NCBI GenBank assembly: GCA_016704485.1
Contig: JADJAA010000001.1
Span: 1,554,824 to 1,618,823, forward strand
Length of the DNA: 64,000 bases
Reading direction: 5' to 3'
Source of the DNA: Flavobacteriales bacterium
Lineage (GTDB): Bacteria > Bacteroidota > Bacteroidia > Flavobacteriales_F > PHOS-HE28
Made by a program: the position numbers and the translations under genes
In this document: in pieces, positions 55,900 through 64,000 of the stretch
How positions within the stretch are numbered: position 1 is the first letter of the stretch
Layout of the letters: each line of letters starts with the position of its first letter
Notes under the pieces: model-generated
What the model was told of the DNA's origin: nothing
Seen by the model: only the letters and a program-made list of their open reading frames with translations
Databases searched by the model: none

Positions 55900-56727
55900 C
55901 TACCCACCCAACTCCAACACCTCATCCCCATCTCCCCAAACAGCCCCGCGAACTTCCATCTGCTCCAACCCAAGTAGTGGCAACAACGCCGTGAACTGTT
56001 CCGTAGCGCCACTTGTGTAAGCAACCAAGCCACCAACTTGCTTCGCGGGTGCGTTCAGGTCGCGCTGTTCAAGGATCCGGTCGACCTGTTTTGCAACGGC
56101 AGGTGCCGGGTCGATGATGCGGACACTAGGGCCAAGGATGCGTTCGATCAACGGGCGTACGAACGGGTAGTGCGTGCAGCCCAATACCAATGCGTCGATG
56201 TTCTTGGCCAGCATCGGTTCCAGCCAACCGCGCAGCATTTTTTCTGTATGATCGGTCTCTAACTCGCCGGCTTCTATTTGTTGCACCAGGCCGGGGCAAG
56301 GTTGGTGGATCACTTCAACATCCTTCGCAAAGCGACCGACCACACTGGCATAGACAGCGCTTTGGAAAGTGGCCGTGGTGGCGATAACGCCCACGACACC
56401 GCTGAGCGTTTGTTCCACGGCCGGTTTTACTGCTGGCTCCATGCCGACGAACGCGACGGTAGGGAAGTGTGCGCGCAAGTGGGCGAGTGCTGCGGCAGAA
56501 GCGGTGTTGCACGCTATCACAATGAGTTTGCAATCCGCTGCGATCAATACCCGGGTTATGGCGGTGCTGAATTGACGTACTTCCTCCAACGAACGCTGTC
56601 CGTAGGGAATGTGTACCGTATCCGCGAAATAGAGCAGGCGCTCCGTAGGGAGCGCCTGCTGCATTGCATTGGTCACTGTTAACCCACCGATCCCGCTGTC
56701 GAAGATACCGATGGGACGTGGGTCCAT
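55900..56727 (-). CDS. murI: Glutamate racemase
   Basis: IGIFDSGIGGLTV...VIACNTAS...LGCTHYP. Confidence 0.85.
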   Translation of the reverse strand: MDPRPIGIFDSGIGGLTVTNAMQQALPTERLLYFADTVHIPYGQRSLEEVRQFSTAITRVLIAADCKLIVIACNTASAAALAHLRAHFPTVAFVGMEPAVKPAVEQTLSGVVGVIATTATFQSAVYASVVGRFAKDVEVIHQPCPGLVQQIEAGELETDHTEKMLRGWLEPMLAKNIDALVLGCTHYPFVRPLIERILGPSVRIIDPAPAVAKQVDRILEQRDLNAPAKQVGGLVAYTSGATEQFTALLPLLGLEQMEVRGAVWGDGDEVLELGG

Positions 56728-56731
56728 CTGA

Positions 56732-57247
56732 TCAAGGGATCTTCAATTCGGCTTTTACCAACGGTAGAATGTCCTCACCTTTATCGTAGTACAGGACAAA
56801 GCCCGTGCTTACATCGAAGATGTAGACGAAGTTGTTCGCTTCAGCTACTTTCTTGATCGCCGCGTTGGTCTCCGTTACCATAGGACGCAACAATTCCTCT
56901 TCCTGCTTGGCTAGGTCCTCCTGTGCTTTTTCCTGCGCTGCTTGGATGCGTTGCTCCAGATCTTGGATCTCCGTCACAACCATATCTTTTTGTGTCTGGG
57001 TCATGTCCGGGGCATCTTTTTGTGCATCGGCAACTTTTTGCTGGTACTCGGCACCCATCGCTTTCAAGCGATCATCCAAGGTCTTGGCAAAGTCCTGCAT
57101 TTTCGTTTCAGCTGCTTTGCGGCCAGGTAGCAAGAGCATCAATTGCTGGCGATCGATGTGACCGAGCTTCTGTGCGGTGGCCATCGGTACGGTGCTCAGC
57201 AATAAGCCGAGTGCGAGAAATACAGTTTTCATTGTTCGTTTGTTCAT
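56732..57247 (-). CDS. OmpH/Skp-family periplasmic chaperone
   Basis: Signal peptide followed by a coiled-coil protein of Gln/Lys/Glu-rich OmpH type. Canonical position between murI and bamA. Confidence 0.7.
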   Translation of the reverse strand: MNKRTMKTVFLALGLLLSTVPMATAQKLGHIDRQQLMLLLPGRKAAETKMQDFAKTLDDRLKAMGAEYQQKVADAQKDAPDMTQTQKDMVVTEIQDLEQRIQAAQEKAQEDLAKQEEELLRPMVTETNAAIKKVAEANNFVYIFDVSTGFVLYYDKGEDILPLVKAELKIP

Positions 57248-57897
57248 CGTGGTTTTACTTCGTCCTTGCCGCCTCTAGGGTCAATTCCGCCCTTTCCGGG
57301 ATCAGGCTTTTCTTCTTCCGGCGGGTCTTCGCCGAATTTCTCATCGTCGTTCGCGCCATCGGTCCCTTCCTTTCCCGGACGGATACCAAGCTTGCGCAGA
57401 ACAGTATCGCTCTTATCGTATTTCTCACTGGCGAACAACAGATTGCTGCTGCTTCCGCCCAGGTCGAACACAGCGATATAGCTGGTTCCTGCTATTTCCT
57501 TGATCGCATCGTATACGCGGTCCTGGATCGGCTTGATGAGTTCTTCGCGCTTCTTGAAGAGATCACCACCAGGGCCGAATCTGCGTTTCTGCAGGTCACG
57601 TGCTTCGCGTTCGCGACGATCGATCTCCTCCATGCGACTGCGCTTCATCTCTTCCGTAAGGAGGATCGCTTCCGCATTGTACGACTCACGCATCCGTTTG
57701 ATCCCCAGATGCCGTTCATCGATCTCCTCCTGCCACTGCGCACTCGAGCGATCGAGCTCTTTCTGTGCCGTACTGTATTCCGGCATATTATCCATGATGT
57801 ACTTGGTGTTCACGAATGCGATCCGTTGTGCATCCATCTTTGGGGCGAATGCAAAAGCAGCTAGCAGAGCGATCGTATATATGAGGTTGTTCTTCAT
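57244..57897 (-). CDS. OmpH/Skp-family periplasmic chaperone (second copy)
   Basis: Signal peptide. IAFVNTKYIMDNMPEYSTAQKELDRSSAQWQEEI, typical OmpH. Confidence 0.7.
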   Translation of the reverse strand: MKNNLIYTIALLAAFAFAPKMDAQRIAFVNTKYIMDNMPEYSTAQKELDRSSAQWQEEIDERHLGIKRMRESYNAEAILLTEEMKRSRMEEIDRREREARDLQKRRFGPGGDLFKKREELIKPIQDRVYDAIKEIAGTSYIAVFDLGGSSSNLLFASEKYDKSDTVLRKLGIRPGKEGTDGANDDEKFGEDPPEEEKPDPGKGGIDPRGGKDEVKPR

Positions 57898-57926
57898 GCG
57901 GAGCCGTCGAAAATAGGTGATCCGGT

Positions 57927-60467
57927 CTATAACTCGCCAAGATCTATGCCGATCGTGAAATGGAACTGACTTTTGGCCATGCTCGGAAGATTCGGTACAT
58001 CATCCAAACGCCACCCGTAATCCAAGCCCATGGGGCCGAACATCGGGAGGTTCAATCGCAATCCTATACCAGCTGAACGGTATAGTTTGAAGGGGTCGAA
58101 ATCATTGAAACTGCCGTAGCTGTTACCGGCTTCCAGGAACGCAAGGGTGAAAATGGTGGCCGATGGGTTCAAGGAGATCGGGTAGCGCAATTCCGCGGTG
58201 TATTTGGCCACTACGAAATTCCCGGTGTTCGGTGCGAGCGAGAAATCATCATAGCCGCGTAAGCCCAATATCTCACGACCATCCAACTGGAAGCCCGTTA
58301 ACGCACTTCCACCCAAATAGAACCGCTCGAACGGCGAATCGCCCAACGAACTGTTGTACCTTCCCAAGAAGCCGAATCCGGCACGGGTCATCAACACCAA
58401 ACTGCGACCGCTTTTCGGGTTGGTGAGCTTATTGAACCACTGCGTACTGAATTTCCATTTGTGGAACTCCGCCCATTCGTAACGCTGCTCCGGTTCCAGA
58501 TCCGCCCAATCGCGCTCCGGTTGGAAGAGCGAATAGGGTGGGGTGGCCTTCACGGATATCGTGGTGTTCGATCCTGTTCTGGAGAAGAACGGTTGGTCGA
58601 TGGAGCTACGCGATAACTGGAGCGTGTAGGAAAGCACATTGCTGACACCGTTCGTGAACGAGAAGACCACGGCTCCGCTCGAATAGTTCTTCAGATCGTA
58701 CAATTGATAGCCCAAGGTCTGGCGGAGGATGAAATAGTTGTCCGGCCACTGCAGACGCTTGCCGATGCCTAGGGTTACACCTGTAATGATCAAGGATTGG
58801 CGCAATGGGTTTGCTATGCGGCCATCTTCGGTGTCTATGAACCTGTTCTCGCCATTGGTCTGTACACTGCGATACGCGGATATGCTGAGCGCATTCGGTT
58901 TCCGGCCACCCAACCAAGGTTCCACGAAGGATAAGCTGTACGATTGGAAGAACCGTCCGTTGGTCTGTGCTCTAAGGTTCAACGTCTGGCCATCTCCGCT
59001 AGGCAAAGGTGTCCATGCCGAACCTTTGAACAGATTCCGCATGCTGAAGTTGGTGAACGATAGGCCCAATGAGAGCACTACGCGCCCTGCGCCCCAACCA
59101 CCGCTCAATTCCAATCGGTCACTTGGTTTTTCCTCTACGGTGTACTCCAGATCCACGGTGCCGGTACGTGCATCCTGGATCGGATTCACACCCATAGATT
59201 CCGGATTGAAGTAACCCAAGGTGGAGAGCTCCCGCTGTGTACGGATCACATCACTGCGGTTGAACAATTGTCCCGGCTTTGTGTAGATCTCTCTGCGGAT
59301 CACATGTTCCGTGGTCTTCGTATTGCCTTTTATGATCACGTTCCGGATGCGGTATTGTTTGCCCTCGCGGATCCGGATATCGATATCGATGCTATCGCCA
59401 GGTACAAGTAGCTCAATGGGGTCCGGATAGAACGCCAGGTAACCATCATCCATGTACAACGAGCTGATGTCGCGGCCTGCTTGGTTCATGTACAATCTGC
59501 TGTCCAGCAATTTCTTGTTGTAGATATCGCCTTTGTTGATGTTCATGATCTCCGCCAACTGCGCATCCGAGTGCTTGCTGTTGCCGGTGTAGGTGATGTT
59601 GCGGAAACGGAATTCAGGACCTTCATCCATGGCGATCTCCACCCTTACCCGTTTCTCCCTCACGAAATACATGGTATCCGACACGATGGCCGCGTTGCGA
59701 TAGCCTTTTTCATTGTACAGGTCCAACACGCTGTTCTTGTCGTTCCTGTACTCGCTCCATAGGAATTTGCTGCTGCCGAAGAAATTCCACCAGCGCTTCT
59801 GGCGGGTCTTCTTCATCGCCTTGCGCAGCTTTCTCGATTTGATATTGTTGTTCCCGGTGAACACCACATCCTTGATCTTCACTTTCTTGTTCTTCTCCAC
59901 CTCAAGGATCAACAGTACACTATTCTCCGGTGCGGTCTTTACCGTGTCATTGATCTGGATGATGTTCACGCTGGCCTTCAGGAATCCTTTATCGATGTAA
60001 TAGCGTTCGATCGCATTCGAGGCATTGGCGATCAGGGCATCATTCACTTGTTGCCCGCGGACCAATTGGATCTCTTCGCGCAATTTATCAGCTTCGCTCT
60101 TGTTCGGGCCCTTGAACTTGAAACGCGATAGGCGAGGCTTTTCGACCACAATGATGTTCAGGAAGATGACTCGCCCACGGATCTCCGCTGCATCGATGCG
60201 GACATCGCTGAACAACTGCTGGTCCCACAATTGGCGGATCGCGTTGGTGATCCGTTCGCCGGGCACCGTGACCTTATCACCTACTTGCAGCCCTGTGAAC
60301 AGTTTTACGGCGTTAGGATCCGTAGTAACGGTGCCGCTAACGGTGATCCCACCGATCTCATATTCCGATGCATGCGCCGGATCCATGGTAGGCCCGCTGG
60401 TCTGTGCGAAAGCTGAACCGCCGATGAACACTAGAAGAAGTACGATATACCAACGCATTGCTTTCAA
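57927..60467 (-). CDS. bamA: Outer membrane protein assembly factor BamA
   Basis: 846 aa. POTRA repeats followed by an Omp85 barrel. C-terminal ...FHFTIGIDL. Confidence 0.85.
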   Translation of the reverse strand: MKAMRWYIVLLLVFIGGSAFAQTSGPTMDPAHASEYEIGGITVSGTVTTDPNAVKLFTGLQVGDKVTVPGERITNAIRQLWDQQLFSDVRIDAAEIRGRVIFLNIIVVEKPRLSRFKFKGPNKSEADKLREEIQLVRGQQVNDALIANASNAIERYYIDKGFLKASVNIIQINDTVKTAPENSVLLILEVEKNKKVKIKDVVFTGNNNIKSRKLRKAMKKTRQKRWWNFFGSSKFLWSEYRNDKNSVLDLYNEKGYRNAAIVSDTMYFVREKRVRVEIAMDEGPEFRFRNITYTGNSKHSDAQLAEIMNINKGDIYNKKLLDSRLYMNQAGRDISSLYMDDGYLAFYPDPIELLVPGDSIDIDIRIREGKQYRIRNVIIKGNTKTTEHVIRREIYTKPGQLFNRSDVIRTQRELSTLGYFNPESMGVNPIQDARTGTVDLEYTVEEKPSDRLELSGGWGAGRVVLSLGLSFTNFSMRNLFKGSAWTPLPSGDGQTLNLRAQTNGRFFQSYSLSFVEPWLGGRKPNALSISAYRSVQTNGENRFIDTEDGRIANPLRQSLIITGVTLGIGKRLQWPDNYFILRQTLGYQLYDLKNYSSGAVVFSFTNGVSNVLSYTLQLSRSSIDQPFFSRTGSNTTISVKATPPYSLFQPERDWADLEPEQRYEWAEFHKWKFSTQWFNKLTNPKSGRSLVLMTRAGFGFLGRYNSSLGDSPFERFYLGGSALTGFQLDGREILGLRGYDDFSLAPNTGNFVVAKYTAELRYPISLNPSATIFTLAFLEAGNSYGSFNDFDPFKLYRSAGIGLRLNLPMFGPMGLDYGWRLDDVPNLPSMAKSQFHFTIGIDLGEL

Positions 60468-61219
60468 CCCGGGGTCACTTGTTCACTGATAAGGCCGAAG
60501 CGACGCTCACGGTTCTGATAATCGAGTATGGCACTGTAGAGATGCTCTTTCTTGAAATCCGGCCACAGTACAGGCGTGAACCAGAGTTCCGCATAGGCGA
60601 TCTGCCACAGCAGGAAATTGCTGATCCGTTGCTCTCCACTGGTGCGGATCAATAGTTCCGGATCGGGGATACCGGCGGTGGTGAGTTCGTTGCCGATCAT
60701 TTGCTCATCGATCTCTTCCGGATCGATCTCGCCGTTCTTGGCAGCCCTTGCAAGGTTGCGGGCCATGCGCAGGATCTCCCAACGTGAACTGTAGCTCAGG
60801 GCCAGTACCAAGGTTATCCGATCGTTCTTGGCGGTATTGTCGATCGCATTGCGCAGGGTATCCCGGCATGTAGCAGGAAGGCTTTCAACATCGCCGATCG
60901 CTTGCAGCCGAACGCCGTTCTTGTTCAATTCCTCCAGCTCACCCGCTATGGTCTGCACCAAGAGGTCCATCAATGCAGCGACTTCATTCGCTGGTCGGTT
61001 CCAGTTCTCCGTGCTGAATGCGTAGAGCGTTAAGTATTCCACGCCCACCTCCGTAGCAGCAACCAAGGCTTCGCGTACACTGCGTACACCGGTGGCGTGG
61101 CCCACTACGCGGTGCTCGCCGTTCGCCTTGGCCCAACGCCCATTGCCATCCATAATGATAGCAATATGCTTCGGCACCTTGGTGGTGTCGATGCGGCCAA
61201 GTATTTCTTCGGTGGTCAA
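60464..61219 (-). CDS. uppS: Isoprenyl transferase (undecaprenyl diphosphate synthase)
   Basis: HIAIIMDGNGRWAK...LTLYAFSTENWNRP. Confidence 0.9.
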   Translation of the reverse strand: MTTEEILGRIDTTKVPKHIAIIMDGNGRWAKANGEHRVVGHATGVRSVREALVAATEVGVEYLTLYAFSTENWNRPANEVAALMDLLVQTIAGELEELNKNGVRLQAIGDVESLPATCRDTLRNAIDNTAKNDRITLVLALSYSSRWEILRMARNLARAAKNGEIDPEEIDEQMIGNELTTAGIPDPELLIRTSGEQRISNFLLWQIAYAELWFTPVLWPDFKKEHLYSAILDYQNRERRFGLISEQVTPG

Positions 61220-61262
61220 GGGCGTATTAAAATGGGGTGCAAAGGTCGCGAAATTCGCGGTA

Positions 61263-62105
61263 TCAATTTCTTCGACGCATCCAGTTGTACTGTTCGTCGC
61301 AATCGGAGAATCTGCTCAGGATGTAAGTGATCGAAAATCCGGTGTACTGGTACCAATCGCGTGTGTTCGTATCGCCCCGTGCACGGCCTGCATTGGAGAT
61401 GCCCGCCTGGGGCAGTCCACTGCGGTCCGCGTAGATCGCAGCGATGGGTCCGTTCTCGAACTCTAGCAATCCATTATCCACGTATTTCCCGCTCACATCG
61501 TCGATATAATCCGTCCAGGTGCGACGTAGTCCCCATTCCAACTGGAAGTCGAACCGGCCCACATTGGCCTTCAACCCGGCACCGAACGGAATGGCGATCT
61601 GATCGATCTTGTAGATGTCCCTATCTGCTACCGTTGTGCCTTGGCCCTCTGTTCCTAATGGTTGTAACCGGATCCAGGTATCACCCAGTTGCGCTTGCGG
61701 GTCGGCCCTGAAATAAGCAAGCCCACCAAAAATGAACGGTGTCCAGAATTTGCCTTCTTTGCCTTTGTCGCGGTATTTGAAGAAATTGATCTCAAATAGA
61801 ACGGCAGCCTCGAACAAGCGGGAACGGAAGCTCAGGTTGCGTAGCTGTTGTAGGCTATCCGGACTATTGCTGTCCGAAGCCTGTAAAGTTCCGTAAAGCC
61901 CTTGAAGGCGAATGGCATAGCGATCGTTGATGTTATGCCGGAACACAATGCCGACCGCTGGTTTAGTGCCTTTTGGATAGTGCCGCGTAGGATTCAGGTC
62001 ACCGATGTAGTACATAAGGCCACCGGTGATGCCGATCTCATTCACTTGGGCGTGAACCTGTATCAGCGAGCCGATCACAATGAGTAGGCAGATCTTGCGT
62101 AGCAT
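61263..62105 (-). CDS. Outer-membrane beta-barrel hypothetical protein (DUF6089-like position between nadK and uppS)
   Basis: Signal peptide MLRKICLLIVIGSLIQVHAQ. Beta-strand-rich sequence. Confidence 0.45.
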   Translation of the reverse strand: MLRKICLLIVIGSLIQVHAQVNEIGITGGLMYYIGDLNPTRHYPKGTKPAVGIVFRHNINDRYAIRLQGLYGTLQASDSNSPDSLQQLRNLSFRSRLFEAAVLFEINFFKYRDKGKEGKFWTPFIFGGLAYFRADPQAQLGDTWIRLQPLGTEGQGTTVADRDIYKIDQIAIPFGAGLKANVGRFDFQLEWGLRRTWTDYIDDVSGKYVDNGLLEFENGPIAAIYADRSGLPQAGISNAGRARGDTNTRDWYQYTGFSITYILSRFSDCDEQYNWMRRRN

Positions 62106-62206
62106 CCCGGTACCAACGTTCGTAGCCCGGAATTGGTATGTCCTAGCTAGCGAGCGCGAAGGTAATCTGGATCCGCAACCTCTGAGTCCTTCTACTGACC
62201 TACATA

Positions 62207-63109
62207 TCAACGTTTAGCGTTCTTTTCCACTTTCGGACTCCGGATATCCAAGCCCCAATTGAGCTTTGCCCGTAACGTGGGTAGGAATTCCCCTTCTTCG
62301 ATCTGGATCATCTTTACCACAAAATCGGCCTTGCGCACGGTGACCATGCTTTGTCCGTGGATCGCATGGCTGCGCGAATCGAGATTCAATAGGCACTTGG
62401 CCGAACGCGCCTCCAGTTGAAGGTGGAGCGTTAAATGATTGGGGACCACAAAGGGCCGCACATTGAGGTTATGCGGACTGATGGGTGTGATGATCAGCGC
62501 ATTGTTCGATGGGTCCAGCACAGGGCCGCCACAACTGAGTGAATAGGCGGTGGATCCAGTGGGTGTGGCAATGATCAATCCATCGGCCCAATACGTGTTC
62601 AGGTAGGTCTCGCCCAAGTGTACATGCACGGCAAGCATGCTCGCACTGTCCCGTTTGTGAAGGGTTACCTCGTTCAGCGCGAAATTCTGCGTGCTCAGTA
62701 TATCCGCATGGTTCGTAACTTCTACCAACGAGCGGTCCAATATGGTGTGCTTGCCTTGTTTGATCACCGCGAGTGCTTCGTCCACTTCCTCTAAGCGAAC
62801 ATTGGATAAGAAGCCCAACCGGCCCAAGTTGATCCCTACTACGGGTACTTCGGATCGGCCTACCATGGCCACGGTATCCAGCAAGCTGCCATCGCCACCA
62901 AGGCTGATCATCATATCCAACCCCTGTGCCTCGAGCGGCGCTTCAGTGAGGACCTTCCACGGAATTGATCCCGCAGTCTCATTGAGCCAAGTGGCCATAT
63001 CGGGAGTCAATGCCAACTCAAGCCCAGCTGCATGGATCTGTTCCAATACACGGATAACAGCAGGTGTGCCGCTAATATCCTTTGCTCTACCATTTACACC
63101 TACGCGCAT
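62207..63109 (-). CDS. nadK: NAD(+) kinase
   Basis: GGDGSLL motif. NADK fold motifs (DGLIIATPTGSTAYSLSCGGPV). Confidence 0.85.
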   Translation of the reverse strand: MRVGVNGRAKDISGTPAVIRVLEQIHAAGLELALTPDMATWLNETAGSIPWKVLTEAPLEAQGLDMMISLGGDGSLLDTVAMVGRSEVPVVGINLGRLGFLSNVRLEEVDEALAVIKQGKHTILDRSLVEVTNHADILSTQNFALNEVTLHKRDSASMLAVHVHLGETYLNTYWADGLIIATPTGSTAYSLSCGGPVLDPSNNALIITPISPHNLNVRPFVVPNHLTLHLQLEARSAKCLLNLDSRSHAIHGQSMVTVRKADFVVKMIQIEEGEFLPTLRAKLNWGLDIRSPKVEKNAKR

Positions 63110-63211
63110 CCGTTGGTCGTTGGGTTCCGTCCAAAGATATTGCAGTTGGGTGTATTCCCATTTCGCGTGTTGCGAACATGCTTACATCCAAGAATAAGTT
63201 CAAGGTGCGTG

Positions 63212-64000
63212 CTAGAATGGATGCGTAAAATGCAAAAAGAAACCGCTCTCGCCCAAGGCATTGAAGGTGTATTCCAACCGTGCTACCTGATCATAACTGG
63301 TAACTAGGTCCAGACCAAGGCCATAGCCGGACATGGGTGAATTCGCCAGAAAGTTCTGATCGGCATAGCGGCTATCCCATACGTAACCCGCATCCACGAA
63401 TGCATCCAAGTACAACGCGAAATACACGGTGCGGAAACTCTCAATGGGAATGAACTCCACCCGGAAGGTCTTCGGTTTGAACAACGCGAACAGGAAGTTG
63501 GCCTTGCCCAATGCATAATGATCACCGTCGATCACATAGTACTCATAGCCTCGCACTGAATTGCGGTATCCCAATCCTTGTTGCACATAATAAGGCTGCC
63601 TACCGAAGGTGCGTTTGCCGCGTGCGCCCAGAGCGAAGGTGAAGCGTTCGTTCAATTTGAACCAACGGGTAGCTTCCAGGTAGGCCGTGGTAACTTCCGG
63701 TGCATTCTTGTCCAATAGCCCTAATCCGTAACGGTCCAGTCTTAGCTCAGCAAAATGACCTTTCGTCGGGAACGATCGGAGGTTCCGTTTATCCCAGGTC
63801 ACGGAATAAGTGAGGCTCAGGTAACGGGTGGTGTTGGAGTTGCCGTTGAAATAATCCTCAGCCACGTGTACGATCGTATCCGCCACTTCGGCCTGTGTGA
63901 AGCCCAATCGCCAGCTATGTCGGAAATCATGGGTCTTGCGCAAGGTTGCGCCGATGTCGGCGCTCCACACATCCCTGTTGCTCCCATCCGGGTTCCGGAT
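63212..64000 (-). CDS. Outer-membrane beta-barrel family protein (5' end outside window)
   Basis: C-terminal ...GFFLHFTHPF with alternating aromatic strands. The ORF is open to the window edge. Confidence 0.4.
   Translation of the reverse strand: MRNPDGSNRDVWSADIGATLRKTHDFRHSWRLGFTQAEVADTIVHVAEDYFNGNSNTTRYLSLTYSVTWDKRNLRSFPTKGHFAELRLDRYGLGLLDKNAPEVTTAYLEATRWFKLNERFTFALGARGKRTFGRQPYYVQQGLGYRNSVRGYEYYVIDGDHYALGKANFLFALFKPKTFRVEFIPIESFRTVYFALYLDAFVDAGYVWDSRYADQNFLANSPMSGYGLGLDLVTSYDQVARLEYTFNALGESGFFLHFTHPF

Overview
This 64-kb window comes from a Bacteroidota-type chromosome. Several secreted proteins end in T9SS C-terminal sorting domains, and the skp-skp-bamA / uppS / nadK / murI block at 55.9-63.1 kb is conserved housekeeping. 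Between about 5.7 kb and 43.4 kb lies a large anti-MGE / DNA-processing island. It contains a BRO-N/DinD-like gene and a RecQ helicase fused to a ComF-type PRTase. The helicase gene is translationally coupled to a DprA paralog, which resembles ShosTA or a competence-like module. Further along the island are a 1610-aa DEDD-exonuclease + RecQ + UvrD tri-domain protein, a GmrSD-type (DUF262/DUF1524) type IV restriction enzyme, and a Type I RM system. In the Type I system, hsdR is separated from hsdM-hsdS by a frameshifted 7TMR-DISM adenylate cyclase and a gene flanked by two copies of the hsdS 3' terminus. The most unusual element is directly upstream of hsdM in the same operon. It is a catalytically degenerate N6-MTase-like + TRD-like module fused to a bona fide histidine kinase, overlapping a receiver-domain protein with an unknown output domain. 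Upstream of these are a B12-binding radical SAM enzyme and a WYL-domain (BrxR/CapW-like) regulator. The island continues with a 1.3-kb non-coding region packed with a 22-bp tandem array, three dyad-symmetric sites and a 21-bp tandem array. It ends with a Septu-like PtuA/PtuB pair, in which PtuA carries an extra N-terminal HNH domain and is coupled to a membrane-anchored amidohydrolase-family gene, followed by secreted peptidases. Beyond the island are a NarL-type two-component pair, tandem paralogous lipoproteins, a CsbD-like gene, an IS1182-family insertion and a DJ-1/PfpI gene. No rRNA, tRNA or CRISPR array was recognised.
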